A DNA stretch of 64,000 nt. It comes from a virus. Taxonomy: Duplodnaviria > Heunggongvirae > Uroviricota > Caudoviricetes. The position numbers were made by a program, and so were the translations under genes. The DNA lies in the IMG/VR virus record IMGVR_UViG_3300026097_000001. One strand, given 5' to 3'. Under the pieces are notes generated by a model. That model did not search any database and was not told where the DNA came from. It saw only the letters and a program-made list of their open reading frames with translations. Below, in pieces: positions 7,740 to 17,668 of the stretch. The stretch's first letter is position 1, and every line of letters starts with the position of its first letter.

Positions 7740-9527
7740 TTACCCTCTTCGTCGTATACGAGGCCTTGGATAAACTCTCCTGCCGACTGTAGCAGGCGGT
7801 GGATCATCTCCTGCAAGGAGGGCATTCGCGCTCCAATTCGAAGGTATGGGATCTCCGTTGAGGGTTCGCGGCCTAAAATTTCTTGGAGGAAACATAGTAC
7901 GCCCAATAGGTCTTTGATTGATCCATTTCGCGAATCTGTTAGGAGCACCTTGTAAGCTTTGCTCATCCATTGCATCGTCTGTTCCAGTATCACTTAGCGC
8001 ATCTTTAGTCGAAAAATCGATAATCCATTGGTGCGCTTGAGCTTGGGTCATGTTAGGCCATGTTTCAGCGAGGCATGCTAGCATTCCAGCTACTTGAGGA
8101 GTAGCCATGCTCGTTCCTTGCGTTTTCGCAAGGTAGTGTGCCCCACCAGAACGAGGGTCTTGTATAGTCCCAAAATATCCACCTGCATGTACACTACTTT
8201 GCACTGTAGAGCCAACGGCAAACACGTCAACGCCGTTTCCGCAATTACTGAAATCACTCTTGTATTCTTCTTTCCATGTCCCAACGGATCCTACTACTAG
8301 AACCGGTGCATATGCTTGGCCCGAGCGGCCTCCGCCACCTCTTTGATAATAGTTTTTATAGGTTTGACCAGTTGGAAGATAGGTTACCTCGAACTCGTTG
8401 TTATAATCCACGTGGCCCTCTTGGACTTGCTTCCATCCCTCGTTACCAGCAGCGGTACAAACGATTATCCCATCGGCCATTGCATCTTGCAAATCTGCCT
8501 GCTGCGAGATCGAGTAATTTTGAAAACCAAAGCTCTGGCTGCTAGTTTTAAACCCTCTTGCCTGAAGTTCAGCAACAGTAAGAGCGCGCCCAGGTGCATA
8601 CCTGACCCCACGATAGGTGGCGGCATAGATTTGGCTAAAATTACCTTGCCCAACTGAAAGAAACGCACCGTAGCTATGATTTGATACAGTAGGATTTTTT
8701 CTACCAGTCACTGGATTAATTGGCTTTGAATTATGCCAAGCTCTTACGTAATCCCACATCGTGGTATCGTCATACCCGCACACTCCCCAGTTTGCAGTAC
8801 TCGGAAAGGCGCCTAAGCTATATACATTTGCATCTCTGGCCCAACCTTGGTTATTGCCTGCCGCGATCCCTCCAACGTGTGTCCCGTGATTACTTTGGTT
8901 AGCCAAACCATATTGGTACGTACCAGTCCCAAATCCTACATCATTCTGAAACCAATTGTACGCAACACATCTAGTCCCACCGCTTCCGTCACGATTTGCT
9001 GCAAACTCTGGGTGCGTCTGGTCCAAATGCTCGTCTACAATTAAAACGTCAACGTTTCTTCCGGATGCTGTTACGATTACATTATTATCTGCCGCCAACA
9101 GTTCAGATTCGGCTGCATTTGCATTATTTGGGTCTTGTGGTAAAAAGTTATCAAATCCCCAATTTGCCGGCGGAGTATTTCTGTTTTGGCGTAAAAGACC
9201 CCAGTTCACGTCAACCTGAGAAAGCGCTGGCCCGGACGTGAATACGTTTTTAGAAAAAACACCCTCATCTATTTTATATCCTAACGGCCGTAACGAATTT
9301 ACTACTATGTCATAAAGTTCTACGCCCCAAACTCTTTCATCGTTTTTTACTAACATTGCTTCTTCGTAAGTAAGCATGTAATGAGTATTTCTACTCGTAG
9401 GCCTTTGCGCCGAAACATCAACGGCTCTATCCGGTATATACAAAGCTCCACCAGGGGTTTGCATATCATCATAGAAATCATCTAGTTGGTTGCGATCATA
9501 GAGAGTAACTATCCATTCTCTTAACAT
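7740..9527 (-). CDS. subtilisin-like serine protease (peptidase S8)
   Basis: 595 aa with catalytic Asp (VLIVDEHLD), His (HGTHVGGIAAGN), oxyanion Asn (SNHSYG) and Ser (GTSMATPQVAGMLA); start is 3 nt after the collagen-like gene. Confidence 0.75.
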   Translation of the reverse strand: MLREWIVTLYDRNQLDDFYDDMQTPGGALYIPDRAVDVSAQRPTSRNTHYMLTYEEAMLVKNDERVWGVELYDIVVNSLRPLGYKIDEGVFSKNVFTSGPALSQVDVNWGLLRQNRNTPPANWGFDNFLPQDPNNANAAESELLAADNNVIVTASGRNVDVLIVDEHLDQTHPEFAANRDGSGGTRCVAYNWFQNDVGFGTGTYQYGLANQSNHGTHVGGIAAGNNQGWARDANVYSLGAFPSTANWGVCGYDDTTMWDYVRAWHNSKPINPVTGRKNPTVSNHSYGAFLSVGQGNFSQIYAATYRGVRYAPGRALTVAELQARGFKTSSQSFGFQNYSISQQADLQDAMADGIIVCTAAGNEGWKQVQEGHVDYNNEFEVTYLPTGQTYKNYYQRGGGGRSGQAYAPVLVVGSVGTWKEEYKSDFSNCGNGVDVFAVGSTVQSSVHAGGYFGTIQDPRSGGAHYLAKTQGTSMATPQVAGMLACLAETWPNMTQAQAHQWIIDFSTKDALSDTGTDDAMDEQSLQGAPNRFAKWINQRPIGRTMFPPRNFRPRTLNGDPIPSNWSANALLAGDDPPPATVGRRVYPRPRIRRRG

Positions 9528-9530
9528 TTA

Positions 9531-12500
9531 TTATACCTCTAATTGAAGAGCAGTAACAGTTACTTGAATGGCAGTGGTCGAACCTGACTTGTTCGTAATG
9601 GTCATTGGTATATTTGTAGTTGGCGGAACTTCGCCATTAAAACCAAAGACAGCAGGTGAAATAACAACGGTTTCAGCGCCGTTCGTTATAACTTCCAGGA
9701 TCACTCCTGCGTCTGGGTCCGGGTCCGTAAATTCGTTTCTACTCGCATCGGCAGTTCTTGCCGCAGCATTAATATATAATCTAACCCAAGCGGCTTCATC
9801 AGTTGTGATTGCGTAGACCGCGTAACCTTTAAATCCGGTTAGATTTACATCTTCGCTTGCGTCATCTGCCAAAGAAGATGTAGCTACGATCAGGTTGGTT
9901 CTTGAAGAAAGACCACCACCATCGCCACCGCCTGTGTTACCACATACATGGTTCCCTTCGTGGTAAACAGTGTATCCGTTGATCTTTACACCGTTATCAT
10001 CTGGGACTTTTAGATGTATCTCATCATTTATATCGTTGGTCATTTCAAGAGTAAGCTGAGTTGCCTCTCCTCCGCCAGTTCCTAGGTAGATCCTTGCAGT
10101 GTCACCGCTACCGCCGTATGCATCATCAGGGAAACGTATTCCACTTGTTGTTGCATATATCGTATTTGTTGTTCGAACTGAACCGTCCTCATCGACCCTA
10201 AAGATGGTATTATCTCTATTTACTGTGTCCGAATATGGATCTAGATTGTTATAGAACCCAAAGTAGTTTGAATCTTCTCCTGCGCTGTTATTATCGTCAA
10301 TAAATAGATACATTGACTGCTTCGAGTGTATTGCTACACTGTTATTCGTATCTGTTGGCTCGTCATAGTCGCAGTCTACGCAATCGATTGAGCTACCGCC
10401 ACCATCCGTTCCTTGAATACCTTGAATACCTTGAATACCTTGTGATCCACTACCACCACCGTTTTCGCGGCCTATTATATAGTTGTTTTCATCAAAGGAT
10501 GATCTCCAAGTAGTAAAGTGAGATGTCGGGTTGTTATAGAAACGACCCGGTTCTGCAATGTCATTAAATGTTGCAGCTCCTACGATCTCTTGGTAATATG
10601 GAAGATTTTCAGATGGGCCGTATACCTTACCCGACACAACATCATACACAACATTCGCCCCAAGTGAGATGCCGCTAAAAACTCCACTAAATCTTGCATC
10701 ACCTTGGCTATAAGCCATATACCCGTAAGATTTAAAGCCTCTAAACTTTTCTAAGACTGGATCACCGCTATCGTCAACGAACGTTTGATCCGTTAAATCA
10801 ATGGTGAGAGTTGAAGCTTCGCTCAATGCTGCGCTGCCAAACGGAGAAGTCTTTACAATTATTGTATCGCCTTGTCTATCCACGTCGACGATAGTAGATC
10901 CAAGCGCGGCCCATCCGCCGGTCTCAGGTACTGCCGCACTGCCATCAGCAATAATTTGCCCATCCGCCTGTTGGATGTTATATGAAACACCCCATGTGCG
11001 GCCGCCCATAGTACCGCCAGCAGTTCTAAATGCTGTTAGCGTGTATTCTCTGTAATCCGGTTGCCCAAGAGTCCCTTCCGCCGTGAATGCAAGAACAACC
11101 CCAACGGTATCGTTATCAAACTGCCCACTTCTTAAAGTAGCTGTATGGGTATAGAATGAGTACTTAAGATCTGAAACAAATCCAACTGCAGTGCCAGTGT
11201 TATTTAACCCAACGATTTCGTCGGCAACAGAATCATACTGCCATTGCGATTCGCTAACATCGGCCTCGCGTGCTGGGTAATTAGTTGTCGTGTTGTGTGA
11301 GAACCTATACCAGTCTTCAAAAATCTCCTGCGTAGTTGGAGCAGGTGGTCCGGGCTCGGTAAAGTAATCTGGCACCTCACCTTCGGAAGAAACGATAATT
11401 GGTTCTATGTTAACTAGATCGTCAAACTGAGCATTGTTTGTATCATCTTGAGTGTTATATAATACTTCACCTTCTTGGCCTATCGGCAACGGATCCCCAC
11501 CGCCCTCGCCGTCGGCGCCTTTGGAACCCTGAATACCCTGAACCGAACCCGCTTGGCCTTGAAGACCTTGGGGCCCTGCTTGTGCAATACCTTGAATACC
11601 CTGGAAACCTTGGTTTCCTTGGATGCCTTGAATACCCTGAATACCTTGCTCGCCGGTCGTACCTTGGGTTCCTTGGAATCCACGAATACCTTGGAAACCT
11701 TGACGCCCTTGTACACCTTGTGCGCCCTTTGTACCCTGGCGACCTTGGAAACCTACGCTTCCTTGTAGACCCTGATATCCCTGTGGTCCTCTTTGACCTT
11801 GAGTACCTTGGCGACCTTGTCTACCTTGACGACCCTGTTGGCCCTGAGTACCCTGAATACCCTGAACACCTTGCGATCCTTGGATACCTTGACGACCCTG
11901 ACGTCCTTGAATACCCTGTCGGCCTTGGATACCCTGGATACCTTGTCGGCCTTGAATACCCTGAATACCCTGTAGACCCTGAATACCTTGTATACCCTGA
12001 ATACCTTGAATACCCTGGATACCCTGGATACCTTGGCGTCCCTGAGTACCCTGTAAACCTTGAACGCCTTGGACGCCTTGGCTACCCTGCAGACCTTGTT
12101 GCCCGCGTATACCTTGCATACCCTGTAGACCTTGACGACCTTGGATACCTTGGCGCCCTTGTACGCCGCGAGTACCCTGAATACCCTGTATACCTTGGTT
12201 ACCTTGAGTACCTTGAACACCTTGCCCCGGTCCTCTTAATCCTTGGTTACCCTGAATACCTTGAAGACCCTGAGATCCGGTGTTTCCAGTACCTTGCACG
12301 CCTTGGCGACCGTATGTACCCTGTTGCCCAGTAGCACCTTGAGTACCTTGTTCACCTTGTATGCCCTGGTTACCTTGCGTACCCTGTAGACCCTGAACAC
12401 CCTGAATACCCTGAGGTCCAACGATATTACCGACGTTTATCCATTCACCGCCCGCGTCTGGTGTATATGTCCATAAATTATTCGTTGCCTCATCGATTAC

Positions 12501-14747
12501 AGCATCACCAGGAGAAGGATCTGGAAACGATGTTTCAAGAATAACCTGTGGGTCGAATGTCGGAGCTTGGTTAACGTCTTGTACAGATCCAAGAATCCTA
12601 AATGGATTACCTACTTTACCCTGTATACCTTGAACACCCTGCTCTCCAGTAATACCCTGTGTACCCTGAATTGCGGTACCTTGAACACCTTGGATGCCTT
12701 GGAAACCTTGGAATCCTCGATTGCCGATGATACCCTGAACACCTTGGATACCCTGTATGCCTTGTATTGCAGCACCTTGAATACCTTGAACACCCTGCTC
12801 TCCAGTGATACCTTGAATACCTTGAATACCCTGTGTACCTTGGACTCCTTGCATTCCTTGAATACCTTGGATACCCTGCGGTCCGACGATATCTCCAACG
12901 TTTATCCATTCGTTACCGTTCCATAGCCAAAGTTCATTCAGCTCTTCGTCGATTACGCCGTCGGATATGTCTGGGCTAGCAATACTAGGTCTTTCAGTTG
13001 GTGGCTGCCCATCGAGTGTTGGACCAAATGCTTCTCTTATTATTTCTTCAGGGGTACGCGCTGGAAAGTTGACGTTTACATCTTCAATAGATCCTATTAT
13101 TCGGAACGGATCTCCAGTTTTACCTTGAACGCCTTGCAGACCTTGAAGACCTTGGCTACCCTGCAGGCCTTGAACACCCTGTCCACCTTGAATACCTTGG
13201 ACGCCTTGCGATCCTTGTATACCCTGTACGCCTTGTACACCCTGCTCGCCTTGGATACCTTGTACACCTTGGTTCCCTTGAATACCTTGAATACCATCAA
13301 AACCTTGGATCCCTTGACGACCCTGCATACCCTGGATAGGAGATCCTTGCAGACCTTGAACCCCTTGCTCGCCTTGGATACCCTGAGTACCCTGAATACC
13401 TTGGATCCCTTGGACGCCTTGAATACCCTGACGACCCTGTAGACCCTGAACGCCCTGCTCGCCTTGGATACCTTGCTGGCCAGAAATTCCTTGGATACCC
13501 TGGAAGCCACGAATGCCTTGAATACCCTGGAAACCTTGGATACCCTGGACGCCTCTTAACTCTCCAACGTTTACCCAGGTACCGCCGCCGGTATAAGCCC
13601 AAAGCTCGTTTGTTGCTTCGTCAATAACAGTCTCACCAACGTTAACCGATGGGAACTGACCGTTTAATAACGTTTGTGGATTGTTAGGTGGATCTGTATT
13701 AACATCGGCTACCGCCCCAATGATTTTTAGAGCTGGGCCAAAGTTACCTTGGAGGCCTTGAGAACCTTGAAGTCCTTGCTCTCCCATAATACCTTGAACG
13801 CCCTGAACACCTTGGTTCCCTTGAATACCTTGAGTACCCTGAACGCCTTGAATGCCTTGCTCTCCGGTAAGACCTTGGAAACCTGCGCCGGTGATACCCT
13901 GAAATCCTTGGTTACCCTGAATGCCTTGCTCGCCTTGGATGCCTTGGACACCCTGTAGACCCTGTAGACCTTGAGTACCTTGCACTCCTTGTATACCCTG
14001 AAAACCTTGGATACCGAATGTTCCTTGAATACCTTGTAGACCTTGGTTACCAAATCCGGCAGTACCTTGTACACCTTGTTCTCCGGTAATACCTTGTGTA
14101 CCCTGTTCTCCTAAACCGCCGGTACCTTGAATACCCTGGTCCCCTTGAAGTCCTTGAACACCCTGAACACCTTGGATACCTTGCATACCCTGAACGCCTT
14201 GGTTTCCCTGTATTCCTTGCACACCTTGCATGCCTTGAGTACCCTGAACACCTTGTACCCCTTGAATACCTTGGAATCCCTGAACACCTTGGATACCACG
14301 TCGACCCTGTAGACCCTGTAGACCAAATTCACCGATAGTACCTTGAGTACCCTGAACGCCTTGCCAGCCTTGAATACCTTGCACGCCTTGAGTACCCTGA
14401 AGACCTTGCTCACCAGTTATACCTTGAAGACCTTGGAAACCAGTTTCGCCACGTCCTTCAATACCTTGGATACCTTGCGTACCTTGATTGCCCTTTGTAC
14501 CTTGAGTACCTTGAGTACCCTGAAGACCCTGTTCACCTTGAAGACCTTGGTTTCCTTGGAAGCCCTGAATACCCTGAATACCTTGTACGCCCTGCGCCGG
14601 ACCTTGAATACCTTGAATACCTTGAAGGCCCTGTCCACCATCGCCTGCGGACGACCTTACCCAAACGTTAGTCGTTGCGTCATACGTGAACACGACGGAT
14701 CCAATGACATATATGTCACCGTCTGCTGGATTTGTTGGAAATGCCAT
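9531..14747 (-). CDS. giant collagen-like tail-fibre protein with a globular C-terminal receptor-binding region
   Basis: 1738 aa; ~1000 aa of Gly-X-Y triplets (GIQGIQG...) interrupted by conserved ~55-aa non-collagen modules; ~650-aa non-repetitive Gly/Asp/Thr-rich C-terminus. Confidence 0.75.
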   Translation of the reverse strand: MAFPTNPADGDIYVIGSVVFTYDATTNVWVRSSAGDGGQGLQGIQGIQGPAQGVQGIQGIQGFQGNQGLQGEQGLQGTQGTQGTKGNQGTQGIQGIEGRGETGFQGLQGITGEQGLQGTQGVQGIQGWQGVQGTQGTIGEFGLQGLQGRRGIQGVQGFQGIQGVQGVQGTQGMQGVQGIQGNQGVQGMQGIQGVQGVQGLQGDQGIQGTGGLGEQGTQGITGEQGVQGTAGFGNQGLQGIQGTFGIQGFQGIQGVQGTQGLQGLQGVQGIQGEQGIQGNQGFQGITGAGFQGLTGEQGIQGVQGTQGIQGNQGVQGVQGIMGEQGLQGSQGLQGNFGPALKIIGAVADVNTDPPNNPQTLLNGQFPSVNVGETVIDEATNELWAYTGGGTWVNVGELRGVQGIQGFQGIQGIRGFQGIQGISGQQGIQGEQGVQGLQGRQGIQGVQGIQGIQGTQGIQGEQGVQGLQGSPIQGMQGRQGIQGFDGIQGIQGNQGVQGIQGEQGVQGVQGIQGSQGVQGIQGGQGVQGLQGSQGLQGLQGVQGKTGDPFRIIGSIEDVNVNFPARTPEEIIREAFGPTLDGQPPTERPSIASPDISDGVIDEELNELWLWNGNEWINVGDIVGPQGIQGIQGMQGVQGTQGIQGIQGITGEQGVQGIQGAAIQGIQGIQGVQGIIGNRGFQGFQGIQGVQGTAIQGTQGITGEQGVQGIQGKVGNPFRILGSVQDVNQAPTFDPQVILETSFPDPSPGDAVIDEATNNLWTYTPDAGGEWINVGNIVGPQGIQGVQGLQGTQGNQGIQGEQGTQGATGQQGTYGRQGVQGTGNTGSQGLQGIQGNQGLRGPGQGVQGTQGNQGIQGIQGTRGVQGRQGIQGRQGLQGMQGIRGQQGLQGSQGVQGVQGLQGTQGRQGIQGIQGIQGIQGIQGIQGLQGIQGIQGRQGIQGIQGRQGIQGRQGRQGIQGSQGVQGIQGTQGQQGRQGRQGRQGTQGQRGPQGYQGLQGSVGFQGRQGTKGAQGVQGRQGFQGIRGFQGTQGTTGEQGIQGIQGIQGNQGFQGIQGIAQAGPQGLQGQAGSVQGIQGSKGADGEGGGDPLPIGQEGEVLYNTQDDTNNAQFDDLVNIEPIIVSSEGEVPDYFTEPGPPAPTTQEIFEDWYRFSHNTTTNYPAREADVSESQWQYDSVADEIVGLNNTGTAVGFVSDLKYSFYTHTATLRSGQFDNDTVGVVLAFTAEGTLGQPDYREYTLTAFRTAGGTMGGRTWGVSYNIQQADGQIIADGSAAVPETGGWAALGSTIVDVDRQGDTIIVKTSPFGSAALSEASTLTIDLTDQTFVDDSGDPVLEKFRGFKSYGYMAYSQGDARFSGVFSGISLGANVVYDVVSGKVYGPSENLPYYQEIVGAATFNDIAEPGRFYNNPTSHFTTWRSSFDENNYIIGRENGGGSGSQGIQGIQGIQGTDGGGSSIDCVDCDYDEPTDTNNSVAIHSKQSMYLFIDDNNSAGEDSNYFGFYNNLDPYSDTVNRDNTIFRVDEDGSVRTTNTIYATTSGIRFPDDAYGGSGDTARIYLGTGGGEATQLTLEMTNDINDEIHLKVPDDNGVKINGYTVYHEGNHVCGNTGGGDGGGLSSRTNLIVATSSLADDASEDVNLTGFKGYAVYAITTDEAAWVRLYINAAARTADASRNEFTDPDPDAGVILEVITNGAETVVISPAVFGFNGEVPPTTNIPMTITNKSGSTTAIQVTVTALQLEV
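11460..14650 (-). repeat. 9-bp periodic coding repeat (Gly-X-Y codons, plus-strand ccttgRata units)
   Basis: Visible tandem ccttgaatacc/ccttggatacc periodicity; generates long shadow ORFs in all other frames. Confidence 0.8.
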
Positions 14748-14783
14748 TAAGGAGTTCCTCTTAAATTAATTCTTAAATTCATA

Positions 14784-15941
14784 TCAATTTTCCAATTTCG
14801 TAACAACAAATCTAGCCTTTGCGCGAACAGTATTATTTCCACTGCCAGTTAAAGCGGCCTGCAGTTTAATTGGGGTAGATCCTTGCCCAGCTGCACTCAA
14901 TTTTAAATCAGAAAATGACATCGTGGACCCATCAATTCCCTGAAATACTCCGCCGTTGACCACAGTATCGCCAACAAGAAACCTCCAGGTACCAGCATAA
15001 CTTTGTCCTTCGCCAGCGTTTCCAAACGAAAATTCGCCAGCGGCGTTTAATACTAGTCTCTCGTTATTTGTGTTAAGAGTTACAGACGCAATGTCTCGCC
15101 ATTCAGTGGCTGCGTTTGCTAGTGTAACAAAATCAGTAGTTTCGTTCGCGTCCACATTAATTGCACCGGCAGCCGACCCACCACCGTCAAAGATAGCAAA
15201 CATACCTTCAGTAAGCGAGTTATTTCCACCGCCACCGCCACTGGACTGCGTGACTTGAATCCTTAGGGTAATAGGAGTGCCTTGTACTAAGTCCATCGCA
15301 TAAGTGTAAGATATTGGAAGAACGCCAGGACTGTTTCCATCTTGCTTGCTCGAAACTACCGTCTGTAATGGAGCGCCGTCTTTCTCTATTCTAAATGTAG
15401 CCGACGAATTGTCTGAAGAGGAGTCATGTAGAACTGCACCTTTGAGTATGACAAGGACCTCTTGAGTTGCAGTGGGCGTAAACGTGTAAGACATCAGGGT
15501 CCCAGTACCAGTGATCGAATTACTATCCTCTGTTCGTAACGTAGGAGCGCCGCCTGACCCGTCTCCTATCACGGTAGTTGTTCCTCCACCTCCGGCTCCA
15601 ATTACTTCGACCCACGCGTTTCCATTCCATATTAATAGAGAACCTGATGCGCCGGGCGAAGTATCAAACCAACCATCCCCTATAAGCCTTACTTCGGGTT
15701 GTGTTGTAGATACAGTCGTTTTGTTACTAGGAGAGACGTCAACCCACGCATCCTCTTCTTCATACCAAGCAAACGTTCTTTGAGTGATGCCGGTGTCCAA
15801 CCACATTTGGCCGTTCACTGGTTCAAGAGGGGCAGTGTTAGCAATCGTCAGTCCTGCAAAGCCGGAGAGATGAAGGAAGTTATCATCCATCTCATCAAAG
15901 GTGAGAGCAAAACCCTTATTTCTTCTTAGTGTTAAAGCCAT
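14784..15941 (-). CDS. tail fibre / structural protein
   Basis: 385 aa; N-terminus carries the same Trp-containing beta module as the collagen-like protein (GQMWLDTGITQRTFAWYEEEDAWVDV); Gly/Thr-rich. Confidence 0.5.
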   Translation of the reverse strand: MALTLRRNKGFALTFDEMDDNFLHLSGFAGLTIANTAPLEPVNGQMWLDTGITQRTFAWYEEEDAWVDVSPSNKTTVSTTQPEVRLIGDGWFDTSPGASGSLLIWNGNAWVEVIGAGGGGTTTVIGDGSGGAPTLRTEDSNSITGTGTLMSYTFTPTATQEVLVILKGAVLHDSSSDNSSATFRIEKDGAPLQTVVSSKQDGNSPGVLPISYTYAMDLVQGTPITLRIQVTQSSGGGGGNNSLTEGMFAIFDGGGSAAGAINVDANETTDFVTLANAATEWRDIASVTLNTNNERLVLNAAGEFSFGNAGEGQSYAGTWRFLVGDTVVNGGVFQGIDGSTMSFSDLKLSAAGQGSTPIKLQAALTGSGNNTVRAKARFVVTKLEN

Positions 15942-16201
15942 TACGTAGTTTCCCCTTCGTCACTATAATATAGACCAACGTAGGCTGCATAGAGTCCTAA
16001 TGTTTCTGGACCATACGGCTGATAACCTGGGTTAGGTACAACATAATCATCTTCCAAGTACGAGAATAATATCTTTTCATCGCCGGTGATATCGTCAAAT
16101 ACGAATTGAAAGCAGAGTTCAATTAGACGCTGTTTCTCAACAGGATCCTGTTCAGCTGCAATTTGTACGAGCAGATCTTCATAATTTGGTTTCGTACTCA
16201 A
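15941..16201 (-). CDS. hypothetical protein, possibly a fibre-assembly factor
   Basis: 86 aa; overlaps the fibre gene start. Confidence 0.35.
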   Translation of the reverse strand: MSTKPNYEDLLVQIAAEQDPVEKQRLIELCFQFVFDDITGDEKILFSYLEDDYVVPNPGYQPYGPETLGLYAAYVGLYYSDEGETT

Positions 16202-16203
16202 CT

Positions 16204-16512
16204 CTATCCTCCAGCGAATACTTTACCAGAGCCAGCCTGAGCAGCGTTTCCGGGCCAAGACCCATGACCACCTGTAGTGTCGAGTCTTCTATGCACGCCA
16301 AATCCTTGCGCAAAAACTTTCGTTGATGCGCCTACGGCAGGATCTCCGCAAGCGGTCTTATCACCCTTGACAATAGCCTTGCGAGTCTCAACAAAAACCT
16401 TTTCTTGTTTTGATGAGTTATATGGAGTTTGGTGAAATGGGTTTGGCGTAGGAGACGCGTGACCATAATGGCGGTCTACTCTATCTCTTACAATTCCTTT
16501 GCCTTCGCTCAT
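16204..16512 (-). CDS. PAAR-repeat-like tail-spike tip protein
   Basis: 102 aa; GDKTACGDPAVGASTKVFAQGFGVHRRLDTTGGHG resembles the PAAR/gp5.4 motif. Confidence 0.45.
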   Translation of the reverse strand: MSEGKGIVRDRVDRHYGHASPTPNPFHQTPYNSSKQEKVFVETRKAIVKGDKTACGDPAVGASTKVFAQGFGVHRRLDTTGGHGSWPGNAAQAGSGKVFAGG

Positions 16513-16518
16513 AATAAT

Positions 16519-16553
16519 GGTGCCTCTTTTACTTATATTTATAAAGAGGCACC
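16519..16553 (-). promoter_or_regulatory. RBS-sequestering hairpin with TATAAATA late-promoter box at the 5' arm/loop junction (T4 gene e-type switch)
   Basis: 11-bp perfect stem ggtgcctcttt/aaagaggcacc with a 13-nt loop; the 3' arm carries SD AAAGAGG 9 nt before the ATG of the PAAR-like gene; minus-strand loop reads ATAAATATAAGTA. Confidence 0.6.
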
Positions 16554-16562
16554 ACCCTACAT

Positions 16563-17411
16563 TCAGGCAACTTCTAACAATTTCTCTTTTGCAATTATGT
16601 ATTCTTTTACGAGCCCAGAGCGAACGATATCGTCTACTCCAAACCGAACAACGTCAAATGACGGTATCGCATTCAATACCTTTAAAAAGTCGTATAGGCC
16701 GGAAACGTCGGCTCTATTCTTAGTAGTCGCAAGGTCGTCTTGCTTTGTGTCACCACAGAAAATAATCTTTGAAGATTCACCAACACGTGTAATGATCGTA
16801 TCGAGTTCGTGATAGTTCATTGATTGGCATTCATCTACAATAATAACAGAGTTATCAAATGTAAGACCCCTGATATTTGAAGATGTTGTGAACTTAATCA
16901 TTCCTTTTTGTTTTAAGACTTGATAAGCATCTCCGCGACCAAATAGATCGTTGACAATATCAACGTATGGTGCTTCAAACATTGCTTCTTTTTGTTCTAG
17001 TGTTCCTGGGACGAACCCCTGCTCGCGCGTCTGAACTGCAGATCTAATAATGACGACCTTCTCATACTCTCCTTTCTCTAGTACATCTTTGAGTGCTAGA
17101 TATGTAGCACACATTGTCTTACCTGTACCTGCTGTTCCGATGGCCGCTAGATTGTATCCTTCTTGATAAGATTGAAATAGATCGCCTTGGGTTGGCGTTA
17201 ATGGTTTTATTTTTCGCATTCCAAACTTTGTGTTTAGAATACTAGCCATATACTCCATATCTCTTTCTTGTCTACGTTTTTCTCTTTTGGATAGTCTACG
17301 CTGTTTTGCTGCCATGAAACCTCCTTGCGATTGTTTAGGAGAATATATGTTGCTCCTAAAAATCGTTGATTGTGTTATGTTTATGAACTTTTGCTTTTTG
17401 CAATACCTCAC
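16563..17411 (-). CDS. phoH: PhoH-like ATPase
   Basis: 282 aa; Walker A GTAGTGKTMCATYLAL and PhoH-family conservation throughout. Confidence 0.85.
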   Translation of the reverse strand: MRYCKKQKFINITQSTIFRSNIYSPKQSQGGFMAAKQRRLSKREKRRQERDMEYMASILNTKFGMRKIKPLTPTQGDLFQSYQEGYNLAAIGTAGTGKTMCATYLALKDVLEKGEYEKVVIIRSAVQTREQGFVPGTLEQKEAMFEAPYVDIVNDLFGRGDAYQVLKQKGMIKFTTSSNIRGLTFDNSVIIVDECQSMNYHELDTIITRVGESSKIIFCGDTKQDDLATTKNRADVSGLYDFLKVLNAIPSFDVVRFGVDDIVRSGLVKEYIIAKEKLLEVA

Positions 17412-17589
17412 GAAACCCTTGGTCTGGTTTTCTTACACCAAGGCGAACTGAGTCACCCAATGAAGGGGCCCTTTTGATAGTTTGTTTTACATGAGGGTTT
17501 TCTTCGAGATATGTCTCACGCTCAGACATACTTAAAATCCGTTCAAATTCTTCATTGGTTTCGATGTTCTTGAAACTATAAGTAGGCAA
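17356..17589 (-). CDS. hypothetical protein with probable TTG start
   Basis: 77 aa; the codon at 17589..17587 is TTG, preceded by GGAG; overlaps the end of phoH. Confidence 0.3.
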   Translation of the reverse strand: MPTYSFKNIETNEEFERILSMSERETYLEENPHVKQTIKRAPSLGDSVRLGVRKPDQGFREVLQKAKVHKHNTINDF

Positions 17590-17612
17590 TTAAGTCTCCT
17601 GTTTAATAATAA

Positions 17613-17632
17613 AGGCGACCCTATAGGCCGCC
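17613..17632 (-). terminator. rho-independent terminator
   Basis: Minus strand GGCGGCC-TATAG-GGTCGCC (one G.U pair) followed by TTTATTATT; sits after the HAD hydrolase gene. Confidence 0.5.
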
Positions 17633-17668
17633 ATCTCATAATATAATATGACCTATTCTCAAGTCTAT

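Noticed and set aside
7730-7993. 87-aa minus-strand ORF 7730-7993
   Set aside because: It lies entirely within the 3' end of the S8 protease gene in another frame and has no independent start context. Treated as a shadow ORF.
11460-14650. Possible CRISPR array suggested by the short periodic repeats
   Set aside because: The repeat unit is 9 bp with no spacer structure and lies entirely inside a protein-coding frame. No cas genes are present.
11438-14750. Many long ORFs on the plus strand and in alternative minus-strand frames inside the collagen-like gene. Examples are the 298-aa plus-strand ORF at 11438-12334 with YPEYPEYLEYP repeats and the minus-strand ORFs full of KVFRVFKV or RYSRYSRY repeats.
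   Set aside because: They are frame-shifted or antisense readings of the 9-bp Gly-X-Y codon periodicity. Only the 9531-14747 frame gives a coherent collagen plus globular-domain protein with a proper start context.
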